From positions 45,856,782-45,920,781 of the forward strand of contig NC_085842.1 of assembly GCF_035594765.1 (NCBI RefSeq): a stretch of DNA of 64,000 nucleotides, in the 5' to 3' direction. Shown in pieces: positions 1 to 12,588 of the stretch; within the stretch, counting starts at the first letter, position 1; every line of letters starts with the position of its first letter. The notes under the pieces are model-generated. The model did no database searches and was not told where the DNA came from. It saw only the letters and a program-made list of their open reading frames with translations. A program made the translations under genes and the position numbers. Origin of the DNA: Anolis carolinensis (Eukaryota).

Positions 1-830
1 AGTAGATCCGAGATTAAGGGCAGGGGATAGCTGTTCCGCTTGGTGATATTGTTCAATGCTCTGTAGTCCACCACCAAGCGTAGTTCCCCTGACTTCTTTT
101 TCACAAACATCACTGGGGAGGCGGCTGGGGATTGAGAGGGTCTAATGAATCCCTTACGAAGGTTTGTCTCTATAAATTCCCTGAGAGCTTCTTGCTCTGG
201 TTCAGTCAGAGAGTATAGATGCCCTCGCGGGATCGGGGCCCCCTCCACCAGGTCAATGGCACAGTCATAAGGTCTATGTGGGGGTAATTTCTCGGCTTCT
301 TTTTCATTGAATACATCCCAATACTCGGAGTACTTCTTGGGCAGGGTGATGATGGGCTCGGTGTCTGTGGCATGGCAGACCTTGGCTACAAGGCAATGGT
401 TTTGGCAGTACTGTGAAGCAAACTGCAGTTCTCTGTTGGACCAGGAGATGTTAGGGTCGTGGAGAGTCAGCCATGGAATTCCCAAAATCACAGGGAAATG
501 GGGAACCTCGGTAACAAAGAAGGAAATCTCTTCCATATGTTCCCTTATCCACATCCTGGTGGGTTCCGACCACTGACTTACGGGGCCCGTCTTGAGGGGG
601 CGGCCGTCTATGGCTTGCACCACACGGGCATTCTTGAAATCATGGTATTGTAATCCCAGAGAGTCGGCATACTCTCTATCAATGAAATTGTTGGTGGCTC
701 CAGAGTCTATCATGGCGTGGATCATGACGGGTCCCCTTTTTGCTGACCATAAGGTGACCACGAGAAGGAACAGGACCCCAGTAGGCGGCTCTTGAATGGA
801 TTTTTTGACCGGGTTGGCGAGCCTCTCTAC
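1..830 (-). CDS. pol: Retrotransposon pol (aspartic protease plus start of RT), partial, in the -1 frame relative to gag
   Basis: Manual translation gives [12 protein letters not shown] (Asp codon at 707-705) and [13 protein letters not shown]...[33 protein letters not shown]; the frame is open to position 1, so it is absent from the ORF track. The upper bound is approximate. Confidence 0.9.
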
Positions 831-1813
831 GCCCGGTCGTTGGCTTCCCCCGCCGGCTGTGTGCCAGTCGGCTCAGACGCCTTCGTCTCCGTGGAGGACG
901 CCGCCGCAAGACGGGCGGCAGGCTTCCCTTTGGCTGGGCACTCTCTGGCGAAGTGGCCCCCGTTCCCGCAGTACCAACAGAGGTTTAAGCGTTGACGACG
1001 GGCCTTCTCGGCGGCATCTAGTCTGGGACGCACGTTGCCCAACTGCATCGGCACCTCCTCGCTTCCTCTGGGGTATGGGGTTGGTGGTGGGGGTCTCCAC
1101 ACTGGACGTGGCTGAACGCTGGCGGGAGCGGGGGGTTTTGCCCCGGCTCTACCGCTCTGGCCTCGAACCCACTGTTTCCTGTTGGCAATCATGACTTCAG
1201 CCCGTAAACATTGATCAATGAGTGCCTCGAGGGTCTGGGGAGGATCCACCTTGGAGATTTCTTCCAGCATTTCAATGTTGAGACCCTCCCGGAATTGTCC
1301 TCTGAGGGCTACATCGTTCCAGCCGGTGTTGTGGGCCAGCACTCGGAACTCGGCTATATACTGAGACATAGGTCTGTCTCCTTGGAAAAGGCGACGGAGT
1401 TTGTGACCGGCTGCCTCCAAATTGTCCTCGATTCCCCAAGTCTCCTTGAGGTGGTCCAAGAAGTGTTGCGCTGATCTTAGGTGTGGAGAGGCTTGGTCGA
1501 ACAGTGCCGTCGCCCAGTTGGCCGCTGGCCCGTCTAGAAGACTGTAAACCCACGCCACTTTGATGTCTTCTTGGGGAAACTCGGCAGCACGGGCCTCTAG
1601 ATAAGCTTGACATTGGCGACGGAAAACATGAACCTTGGAAGCTTCTCCAGTAAACTTGGTTGGCAACGCCATGGCCGGGAGGCGGATTCCGCGCTCCCGC
1701 AAACCCTTTATTTCTCCATCCTGGGCGTTGAGTCTGTCGCGGATGCGATCCACTTCGTCCTTGCTGATGGTGTAGCTCAGTGGCTGCCCACCGGGCACGG
1801 TTCCGGTAGACAT
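827..1813 (-). CDS. gag: Retrotransposon Gag (sushi/RTL-like capsid domain plus CCHC zinc knuckle), 328 aa
   Basis: ORF track; [27 protein letters not shown] and EVPMQLG motifs; [14 protein letters not shown] knuckle. Confidence 0.93.
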   Translation of the reverse strand: MSTGTVPGGQPLSYTISKDEVDRIRDRLNAQDGEIKGLRERGIRLPAMALPTKFTGEASKVHVFRRQCQAYLEARAAEFPQEDIKVAWVYSLLDGPAANWATALFDQASPHLRSAQHFLDHLKETWGIEDNLEAAGHKLRRLFQGDRPMSQYIAEFRVLAHNTGWNDVALRGQFREGLNIEMLEEISKVDPPQTLEALIDQCLRAEVMIANRKQWVRGQSGRAGAKPPAPASVQPRPVWRPPPPTPYPRGSEEVPMQLGNVRPRLDAAEKARRQRLNLCWYCGNGGHFARECPAKGKPAARLAAASSTETKASEPTGTQPAGEANDRA

Positions 1814-1843
1814 TCTGGCCGAGGTTAATTGGTGCTTAGGGTG

Positions 1844-1853
1844 GCGGAGTCAA
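1844..1853 (-). promoter_or_regulatory. Self-priming primer-binding site (TTGACTCCGC)
   Basis: Lies 2 nt after the LTR end; exactly complementary to GCGGAGTCAA at 2383-2374, which begins 31 nt downstream of the first base of the LTR TATA box; no TGG tRNA-type PBS. Confidence 0.85.
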
Positions 1854-1855
1854 AC

Positions 1856-2812
1856 TGTCACGACCCAGGCTACAGAGCACCAATAACCATACGCAGAGGC
1901 CAGATTCTATCTAATATCTTTATTAAGGAAATATATAAGATTAATAAAAACAAATGTAATAGTTAGTTCAGAAGCGGACCTTTCAGGAAAGGTCAAAATT
2001 AGTCCAAAAAAGCAATGTCCAATATGAAATATTATGGTCCAAAGTTGTAATCCAATAACCGAACACTCACTTTGCCAGGCAAAGTGAGGGGAATAGACCA
2101 GGTCCTTTAGTCCATAACTTGAAATAACTTGATACTTGAAACAAGGCTTAAACGTGGAACAAGGTAGCTAGGAACAAGAACAAGGTCCGTGGAATAACTT
2201 GGTAAAATCCGTGGAACAAGGCAAGGATTGGTCCTGGGCAACAAGGCAAAGTCCGTAGGTAAACAAGGCTGGGAAGCAAGGCGAAGGCTGAAAAGCAGGG
2301 CAAGGCTTGAGCAGGAGCGAGGCTTGAATCGGAGCGCGCTGTCCAGACACAACTCGCTCCGTAGGCTGACGAATTGACTCCGCGAAGTTACTACGCGGGT
2401 AAAACACCTATATAGAGTCTAACTTTCCCACCGAAGCAGTTCTCTGGGAATCAGAAACGAAAGCTAAACTCTGAGACCAGATGTTAGACTCCTTAAAGAT
2501 TCTCACGAGAAGCAGTCTTAATTGGCTACATTCTTAGCTGCAATTCTCGCACTCCTGCGCGAAGCTGATTCCAAACTTCTCTGTTGTTTACAAAACTCCC
2601 GGCGCAAGAACACGGGAGAAGTAGGCTCTGGGCTTGTTTGACATACTTCTGGGAGACAACTTTCTTGCAGGTGCAAGGTTCCCAGATCTGCCTGGGAAAG
2701 ATCTGGCTGAGAGGAATCCAGTTCTGACTGGGAAGGTAAAAAACCCAAGTTTTCCTCCTCATCAGGAATTACAATGTCCTGAGCAGGACTACAAGGCCCA
2801 TGGGTCATCACA
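1856..2812 (-). repeat. 5' LTR (957 bp)
   Basis: Minus strand starts TGTGATGACCC and ends GGGTCGTGACA (imperfect terminal inverted repeat); TATATA at 2414-2409; AATAAA at 1924-1919. Confidence 0.9.
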
Positions 2813-3018
2813 CCTACTTTACACTGTGTTGGAAGGGGATAGCAATGCTTGAAAGATGATGCTTGGAAGGTGAGTTACCTTTATCTAACTGGATGGTGCT
2901 TTATATATAGTATGTCATCCTACTTCACAATCTGTTCAGGATTAAAGTTACAGGAACTCTGCCCCATTTCCAACCTGGTTATCTTAACATCTGTGGTATA
3001 TTCTCCCTGTGTTTAAAG

Positions 3019-3151
3019 CAGTGGTTCTCAACCTGTGGGTCCCCAGGTGTTTTGGCCTACAACTCCCAAAAATCCCAGCCATTTTCCCAGTTGTTAGGAT
3101 TTCATGGAATTGAAGGCCAAGACTTCTGGGGACACAGGTTAAGAACCACTG
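3019..3151. mobile_element. Short non-autonomous hAT MITE (CAGTGGTTCTCAACC termini)
   Basis: TIRs; 8-bp TSD gtttaaag/gtttagag; sister copies at 10404-10523, 31217-31351 and 44683-44817. Confidence 0.85.
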
Positions 3152-4862
3152 GTTTAGAGAAAGGGGGAAATAAGTGTGCCTTGCAATAGCTTTTCAATTC
3201 AGGGTGCCAACTAGCAATGCCTACTTTCAAGATACTTTCAGGAATGTAGGTAGCAGTAATACGGTTAAATACTAGCTTGAGAGACTCAAAGTGTCCCTCT
3301 ATGGGCACATCTACACTAATCATTTAATATAATTTAAAGGCAGCTTGACAGTGCGTTATTTATATGACGTAGGCTGCAAATGCTGCACAACACTTTAAGG
3401 GCTTTAAACTGAGATAAAGGTGGGAATTACAGTGGAGTAGAGCCTTAATGCACATCAGTGTGTTTTAGTGTTTGAGCTAGTTTGAGATTTAATGAGTTTT
3501 AATGGGTAAATCATCTGTTCAACATTATGAGGACCAGAAAGGGGAGGTGGTAAGGGATATATGTGATTGTGATTTTAATTATGTTTTTAATCTTTGCATT
3601 GTATGGTTTTATCTGTTGTAATTCACCTTGAGTCCACTTGGCAGAGAAATACAGAGAAAGATTTATCTTGAATAAATAAATAGTGTAAGCCACATTTCAC
3701 AGTGAGAAAATTAAGATATAATGTGCCTCTGCAAGCCTCACATGTGCATTATGGAGGGTGGGGGAGATGAAAGCACCTCCATCTCTGTGGCTATCAAGTC
3801 AGTGATGTTGGACCTCTTCATACAGGGCTAAAACAGCCCTGTTTTGTTGCTTTTGGCTGGGACTGGACGGGGACTGCCAAATATCAAAGTGGAGGCGAAG
3901 TGTTGAAAGGCACTTCCTCCATCACCACGGAGAGGAAAGTGTGTTTTGAGTAGCTTGAAGTTATCCTCACTTTCATGCCCATTTTCCTCATATGCCACCC
4001 TTTCTCCCATCTGATGGAGACAGGGACAGGGTGCCAACACACCTTGTCCCATCCCCATCGCATGATGGGGGAAGAAGGGAGGGTGCTGCCCCATGCGCCT
4101 TACCTTTCACCATCAACTGCCGGCAAAATGGCCATGTGAAGAGGTCCATTGTGGATGGTGCATCCTGGATTAGATTTGAGGCCAGTTCATATAAGCATCA
4201 TTCAGGACTCAAACCTGTTTCAAGACTTCACATGTAATTATCTGCACATCAAAATTGCATTCCTCAGAAGGCAGCTATCTGTATAACTTGGAGAATAGTT
4301 TCTTCTGGAATGAAAACTTCACAATGGTCTTAGGGCCCAATCATAATCCATAATTATGGTACTATGATTGCATTAACTACCATAGTTACAACCTATGGAA
4401 TATTAGAATACGAAGATAGTAGTTGTGTTCCTTCAAGTTCTTTCTGACTTATGGCTATCCTAAGGTAATCCTACCTCGGAGTTTTCTGGGACGAAGAGTG
4501 TGATATTACCCAATGGGTTTCCATGGCCAAGCAAAAAATCAAATTAGAATTTTTCAACTATAGATCTTCTGTACACTCTAAAGAAATCCCCCCCCCCCCA
4601 AAAAAAAACACCTTAGGATCACCATAAATCAGAAATTACTTCAGGTCATACAACAACAAAGCAAGAAGAGCAGAGGGAGCAAACTAATTTTTAAATATTT
4701 AACTGAAGCAGCTACTCAGTATTTTATCTTCATGCTTCTAGTGATAATGGATTATGCATACCACATGTGGTTGACATTATTTGAACTATGTATGTTTTCC
4801 TGTATAGAATGTGTACTACTTGGGGGCAAAACCTGAATTTTTTGAATAGGTATAGTTCAGCT

Positions 4863-4880
4863 AAACAACAACAACAACAA

Positions 4881-4911
<31 letters not shown>
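4863..4911. repeat. (CAA)n microsatellite
   Basis: Direct reading. Confidence 0.95.
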
Positions 4912-4912
<1 letters not shown>

Positions 4913-7900
4913 GGAAGTGTGATAGAAAGTGAGAATGATGAGTGGTAGCTGACTTGTGTGGTTTTTAATGAAGATAGAATGGGGTTATATAGTCATGGAC
5001 CTGAATTCCAGGTTTGTCATTTATATTACATTTTGCAGCTTTACATAATTTCTCTGACAAATGCAGAACTAATGTGATATCCATGCAACACATTAGATTA
5101 GTTCCATATGATCAGTCCTAATCCAATGAATACCAGGGAAATTCATGTTGCTCTAATGTGAGTTGCGATTTAATATTCCAATTTGTAAGTACTTTTGTCT
5201 GAATGTAGCATGTAATTTGCATCACTGGCAGTCTCAACTCAAGAGAGATGGCAGCTGTGGAATATTTAGCATTGAACTGTCTAATGTATATTAGGATATC
5301 AGCGCTTCCCCCTTATGATGATGATTTCCTCCTTTGTTACAGATTTCTCCCACTCCTTTGGAATTGTAATGAGAACGAAAGGATAAGGGCCAAATCCAAA
5401 GATAATCTTTCACAAAATGGAGAGGTCCACAGCAATGTCCACATACTGTACAGGAGACTAAATGACTGAAATATCCTGGTTTGTCTTTGCCTTGGATCCA
5501 CTCAGACCAACTTGGCTCATAGGCTGAAGGAAGTGTGGATAAGTTATTTTAGGGTTGACAGATCATCATGGTTAGTTAGTTTTTTTATCAGGGTTTTCCA
5601 AAATACTCAAATCTATTCTTATCTGGCATGGAAATAATTTTAGGGTTTTGAAATGCAGTACAGAAGTCTAACAGCTAAATTCTTAAAAGTCTGACTGAAT
5701 CCTTGCCTCTTCTACTATGTTGAGATGGACACCCCTTTTTTTTGTCTGAGCAACTCTTTTTTTTTCACTTCACACCCCATATTCAATAGGGTTAGGGACA
5801 CAGGACTCATACCAAAAGGAAAAAGTGTGAATAATTTTAAAATGCTATTTTTTTAATCTGAGGGAATATCTCTTTAGGAATATCTAGGCCCTTTAACATA
5901 ACTATATGGTCATTTTCTGCTGGATGTTGACCATAGAATCATGCTGAAGAAACCTCAAATACATAGACAAGGAATACATTTCTAGGAATCTCTATGTCCT
6001 CCAGGACAACCCTACAGATTGTATTTATTGTATTTGGTGAGTGCAAATGGAGGGAAATTTCCTTTCAGGAATTCACCAATATTTGTACCTTTCTCTGTGA
6101 CACTGATGGAAAGAGAGCTAGTGTAATTTTGTGGCAAGAGAGTGTTGGACAGGGACCCTGGAATAAAAAGGCCTAAAGGAGGAAAAGGGCTCAGCTGTGG
6201 AGGCTGGGTGACCTTGGGAAAATCACATTTTTCTAACCTAAAAGGGAGGCAATGGCAACTCTCTTCTGCATGCATTTTGCCAAGAAAATCCTCTGAGAGG
6301 GTTGCTAGCCAAAAGGCAGCTCAAATGTTCATAATAACAGGAAAGCACTGATTTTTTTTTAAACCCACAGAAAACAAGAGAGAGCAAGCCATTCAGATTT
6401 CTTAATTATTTTAGCCAATTCCCTCTTCCCTCTATAATCTATTCACAAAGTGATCTCAATTGTTTGTGGACATAGTGGTGCAGGAGGAAATGGCGTACCT
6501 GTGTGGTGGGAAGTTGAATTGTGTTAAACAATGTCTGAGATCCTGCATCAGAGGGTATGATATGCAACTTTTTGATGATGGAGCTACATTGTCAACACAA
6601 GAAGCAACTGTACTAGTGAATTCTAATGATACACAATGGGACATAACAGAAGCTTCCATTTCACAGTGAAACACATTGAACACTGGTACACATTCTGAAT
6701 TAAGACAGGCTATGCAAAAGGACAGGTGTATTGAACCAAAGGAGTTGTCTTATATAGATAGAACTATTGGTTCATCCATCCCTGAATGGTATCAGTTATC
6801 CAGAGATTCAAGCAGGATTTTTTCCAAGTACAATCAAGCTTAACCTGATGGTCTACCAATATCTCTGCTAAATGGTCTCCCACCTTAGTACTTACCTGGC
6901 CTAACCATGCTTAATTTCTGAAATCAGATGGCATACTGGCTAGCAACTTCCATGTTATAATCATTTGGTGAACTAGTAATGGTATACCTTTATTGTGTCT
7001 TCTCCATCCCTCTCTCGAGCCACCCTCCAACCAGTAAGGAAATTATCTCACCTTCTCTCTTGATTTCTGCTCAGTATCTATGCCTTCTTCCTGCTCTCCA
7101 GTGTACCAGACCAGTACTGCAAACAGATTGTATGTTTTCGTTCCTTGCCTCAATAGACTGAAAACTCCAAGTCTAAGCCAGAGGGCTGACGCAGAATGGT
7201 TTTCTACCAAGAGAGCAAAGGACAAGATGTTTTTGCTGTCTCAGTCTGTGCATGAAACACTGCTGGGCTGGCAAATGACCATTGGTTCAGCAATGATGAA
7301 TTGAGAATGTCCTCTACTGAAGGCAAAAGCTTAGGGGGTGCATGGCAGACAATGTGATACATCATACAGCTCTCTTCCTGCACTGAAGCATTTGTAACAG
7401 TCTGTCCAACCATAGGACCAGACATGCTGAATCATGCATGGGATTCTGCTTCTAATACGAAACAAGTAAGGGAATATGGACATGGCTTTTAATCCTGGTT
7501 TTAATGATATTTTATAATTTGCTTTATTGTTCTCTATGTGATTGTTTGTATGGTTGAATGCTTTTATATTAATTTATAGTTTAATTTATTATTGTATTTT
7601 TATGGCATTGAATGTTTGCCTTTATGCTGTTAGTTGTCCTCAGTCTCCACTGAGAGATAGGGCGGGATATAAATAAAGTTTTACTTTTACTTACTTACTA
7701 AGAATACTGTTAGCATGACAAGAGGCCCATTGTCTGCCAACCCAGCACTTTTTGGAGCTTTTGAATAAAAAAGAAAATAGAAATAATTGAAAAGGTTTCA
7801 AGTTTCCTATATAGGAAATCTAGGAAATTATTCTGGCCTTATTGCCCTTATACCCTACTGTGTGAGCACACAGTATACTTTAAGATTATGTAAGATTCTA

Positions 7901-8895
7901 AGATGTAATGATAGCTTCTTGGAGACTTCAAGATTTCAAACAGGGAATGAGAAGCTGTTTCAAAAGGTCTGGGAAGTGAGTAGAGTTTGTTGTCTTCCAT
8001 ATTAGTGGAACAGTGAATCCAGTCTGGGTTTAGTATGAATTTTAAAGTAGCTATCCAACATTCTTAGCCATGTCTCTCAAATAATTTCAGTTATCTAGAA
8101 TTTTATTGGCTCTGGTTTGGGAAGGAGCTTATACCTCCTCAGTCAAAGTAATGTTCATGTGTGGTTCCACTTTCCAATTATCTTCAAGGTGTAGGCCTGG
8201 AACTTCAGAAATTCAGCTTCAACCTCACATGAAGGCATAAAGCTTATGGGGAAATTTGGAGCTAGCCATTCTCACTCAATCTGGCCTACTTTACAGTCAA
8301 TGTGTGGCGGAAGTAAGGATGACAAGAGTCATGCTCCAAGTACCAGTACCAAGAATGGGATAGAAACATAACAAGCAAACTAAATAAAAACCAATGGGAC
8401 TAGAAAAAGGGATCTTCATTTCTGTGACTCTGTATAGATTTTATTAAAACTACAAAAATACACGTATAACACAAAGCAACAGCAGCATTCTTGGAAATGG
8501 CTATCTGTATACGACAAACATTTTTTTTCTCCAAAATCTATTAATGCCTCAACACAAGAGGTTATCAACAACCTACCAATGCCCTTAAGCCAGTTCTGCA
8601 TAAGTGCTCTGTTTGAAGAACACATGCAGTCTAATGCTGTAGCTTGTCATGGCACCCCATAGTGCCCTATTGCAATGGCGAAGAAACCTCCTTCAACTCA
8701 AGGGTCAATTTCTGTCTGTGTGGACTGCATGCCCATGGTATGTGGCTCACACTGGACAAAAGATAAAATAGTGAGCCCCAAAAGGCCAGTATCTTTTAGC
8801 TTAAACTACAGGCATTTCAGATTTTTAGAACATGGGCAGAAAAAAAACTATAGAATGTTGGATCCTGTTCCCCAGTAATGTCCAATGATCTAGGG

Positions 8896-9030
8896 GAGAC
8901 ATGGGTAAACTTTGACCCTCCAGGTGTTTTGGACTTTAACTCCCACAATTCCTAACAGCTGGTAAGCTGGCCAGGGTTTCTGGGAGTTGAAGTCCAAAAC
9001 ACCTGGCAAGCTGAAGTTTGCCCATGCCTG
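8896..9030. mobile_element. Non-autonomous hAT MITE
   Basis: Palindromic body; perfect 8-bp TSD atctaggg at 8888-8895 and 9031-9038. Confidence 0.85.
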
Positions 9031-9632
9031 ATCTAGGGAAACTGATAGCTGGATTTGGCCCCAGGAGCTGTATCCTACTCCTGTTTTAACCAAACCGTTG
9101 TTACACTGCCCCTCCCCTCATGTATCAATTTATATTCCAAAATGCAAGTTGGGAATCCCACATTGTTAAGCATACTATTGGACATCTTGGAGTATTCATT
9201 AAAACATGCAAAATATAACTAAATTATATCTACTTGAATATGAATTCAAATTAGTCTAGACATATTGGGAGATATACTGCAAAAATAAAATCAGACTGTA
9301 GGGATGCACATATTGAACCAAATATTATTTAGATAACTGATACCTTGGTTTGATGGTTCTTACTTAATAATTTGCAACCAGTCTTATATATGTATTCGAG
9401 GAACCTAGAAATGCTGTCATATTGCACTAATATGTTTGAACAAGAGAAATGGCTTGAGGAAGGCATACCCGCACCAGTGCCTCGCCCCTAATACACAGCA
9501 CATTTCTTGGTTTCATCTGATGGCAAAGAGATTGCAATTTTCCAAAGACAGCAGAGAAAACCCTATGATAGGGTCACCATAAGGAGCTAACCAGAGAGAT
9601 GGCATCTCTTTCTCTTTCATGAAGAGATAGAA

Positions 9633-9638
9633 TTTATT
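9633..9638 (-). terminator. Candidate EEVS polyadenylation signal AATAAA
   Basis: First AATAAA seen on the minus strand, about 190 nt after the EEVS stop codon. Confidence 0.45.
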
Positions 9639-9823
9639 CTAAAGACAGTTACTGCTAATAGGTGATCTTTCCTTCTGGGCTGTTCCTCCATGCGGACAAG
9701 CATTTGAATATTGTCAAACAATTGTGGTTCAGCGTTGTTCATGAACACATCATGTACATTCCTGGTTTACACAGTTTTTAGCAGGAGATTAGTGCTGTTG
9801 CCAGTTGGAAACTTCTCTTGTCT

Positions 9824-9912
9824 TCATGGTCTCATAGAGATAGGTCTGCATTCATTGGTCCAGAGTGTGTAAGCCCTTTCCAGAGTTTCCTCACTGATGT
9901 CATTGAATATAT
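9824..9912 (-). CDS. eevs: EEVS exon 5 (DIFNDISEETLERAYTLWTNECRPISMRP*)
   Basis: Polypyrimidine acceptor ttcttgttttccAG; phase matches exon 4; TGA at 9826-9824. Confidence 0.9.
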
Positions 9913-10913
9913 CTGGAAAACAAGAAAGAAACTTATGATTACACTCTGGGACAAAGACAGCATAAAATCCAACAAATAAAATAAACTCAGAACCATGTTT
10001 TTTTTTTATTCATTCTATCCACCTGTAATGTGGCCTTCCTCTTTTTCTATTCCCTTTTATCTTACTAAACATCCATATCTTTTCTAATGAGTCATGTCTT
10101 CTCATGATATATCCAAAGGATGACAGTTTACTGGCTTCTAGGGAGAGTTCAGACTTGGATTCTTTTATTTGTGAGAGGTTTTTTTGGCAATCCATAATAT
10201 CCATAGAACTCTCTTCTGGCACTACATTTCAAACAAGTTGATTTGCTTCCTGACAAATTTCTTCACAGTCCAGCTTTCACAACCATACGCAGAAATAAGA
10301 AATATGTTGCCAAGGACAATCTTGACTTTGGTGTTCAGCTTTACACTTGAAGATCTTGTCTAGTTCCTTCAAAGATGCCATTCCAAGTCAGAGATCGCAT
10401 GAACAGTGGTTCTCAACTTGTGGGTCCCCAGGTGTTTTGGCCTTCAACTCCCAGAAATCCTAACAGCTGGTAAACTGGCTGAGATTTCTGGAAGTTGTAG
10501 GCCAAAACATCGGGGGACCACTGTTGTAGAGTTAATGTAAGTTGACACCACTTTAACTGCTATGGCTCAATGCTATGGGATTGTAGTTTTTCAAGGTTTT
10601 TAGCCTTCTCTGTCAATGAGTACTAGTATCTCAGATGACTACAAATCCCAGGATTCCATAGCATTGAGCCACGGCAGTTAATGTTGGGGCAAAGTACATT
10701 AATTCTACAGTGTTGATGTAACCATGACATTCCACACTTAGCCATGTCTCCCAAAATTCCATAAAATTGAATCATGCCAACTAAAATGGTATCAAATAGA
10801 TATAACTGTGCAGCATAAATACATTGTGAATGATAGTCTGCAGCAGGTAGCAAGTGGCTTGTAAACATTCTCAGGGTCTAGGAACCCTACAACTCATGAG
10901 CCTGATGATGATA

Positions 10914-10958
<45 letters not shown>

Positions 10959-12535
10959 GTGATGATGGTGATGATGGTGAAAAGAGGAACAATGGATGTT
11001 CAGATGGCATTCATGGAGATGGCAGTCATCTGGATGGAGGAATCAAACCCACCACTCTCACAAACCAGTCCCCACCCATGTCTTTACAAACAGCATTTCC
11101 TATGGGCTAGTCTACCTGTCATGCTCAATATTGCTAGACTCAAAAGTTTTTTGTCTTTTCAGCATTGGCAACCATCCTCCCAAGTAAATGTGTGCAAGAC
11201 AGAAACTGAAGTCTGATTTTTTAATGGGAATTACATACGCTACTTAAAGGCTTTTGATACTCGCTAAGCTTTGTGAAGGGAATTACCCAGCCGTAATGCA
11301 ATTACTTGCAGTTGCCTGTTTAATTACATCTTGGAGGTTGTATAATAATTCTGGTGGTTGTATAATATCTGAGGGGAAATGCTTCGTCAGAGTTTATTAA
11401 AGGGTTGTAATTAAAAATGAAACCCAATTAAAGCTATTAGCATGCAATTATAAATTGTGGGACAAGCACACTGGCATATTAGATGACATCACTTTTATGA
11501 GTTTGGAACTTTTGATCATTTCAAGAGCTAAGATTTTCCCTATCCCTTTTCTCTTTGTCTTAAACTTCATGGTGCAATTAGGAACAAACACATGGTTACA
11601 ACATAAACTGGTGATCTCAAAATTGTCAATTGCATTTTAGGACAGAGTGAGAGAAATACACGACAATAAACCATAGTGGCAGAGTACTGTACCATAATGT
11701 ACACCAATTCCCTGAATTAATTTAAAGAATGCAATGCATACACATTTTTCTTCTTAAGGAAAATTAAGGAAAATTTAAAATTTCTTAAGGAAAATTTTTC
11801 TTCTCTAGGTGGCTTGAAGCTGCATTTAATGGTCAGTGTAGATGCTGTTGACTCACCAAATTACAAATCCAGGATACCATAACATTGAGCTATGGCAATA
11901 AAAGAGGTATCAAACTGCATCCTAGGATAGATGCACCCTAGGAATAGAATCTCAAGTGCATCTCTCTCACACATCTCTCTCTTCTCTCTGTCTATCTCTG
12001 TCTCTTTCTCTCTGTCTCTTTCTCACCTAACAATGGCATCTGATGTCAGGGCTTGCCCTAGTTTGGTTCCTGGGTATTAAATTGAGTCCCTTATTTTCAA
12101 ATGGCCTAAACACAACACAACTAACTAGCCACCACAATACCAACGTACCTGCTGTTCCAAGTCCAGTTGGAAGAGGCATTCTCATCTGGCCAGCACTGTG
12201 TTTCAATCTTTCTGTCAGGGCCTTTTTAATAAGATGCCACGTACATTCTTTATGCCATACTGGGAGCTCCAAAGAACTCATGCATTGAATAATATGACTC
12301 TTCTCCTTGTCATTTAATAACCCCTTCACATAGGACACATAAGTCATGAAAGCCATGTCAACGTTCACAGCTTCTCCGTGCATCAGTGATGGTAAAGCTC
12401 TCTGAAATTAAGGATGAAATACTTATAATGTAATATTTATAGAATAAAAATATTGTGTGATTAGACAGGGGAGGTTTAAGAGACCCAAAACAGTTCTGCT
12501 TGCAGGGTAATTTACCAGAAATGCATCCTTAGGGA

Positions 12536-12588
<53 letters not shown>

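Larger units (their letters stand above)
1..2812 (-). mobile_element. Ty3/Gypsy LTR retrotransposon of the Tf1/sushi (chromovirus-related) group: 5' LTR, gag and start of pol; truncated by the window edge
   Basis: TG...CA LTR at 1856-2812; gag with CCHC knuckle; pol with protease DSGA and RT N-terminus; GC-rich with uninterrupted frames, implying a young insertion. Confidence 0.95.

Noticed and set aside
5217-6700. Short ORFs or acceptor-like sites as exons of a neighbouring gene (MITF/MDFIC-like)
   Set aside because: No bHLH-Zip or Cys-rich I-mfa motifs and no consistent exon chain found
10854-11216. Poly-Met ORF of 120 aa
   Set aside because: (GAT)n microsatellite translation
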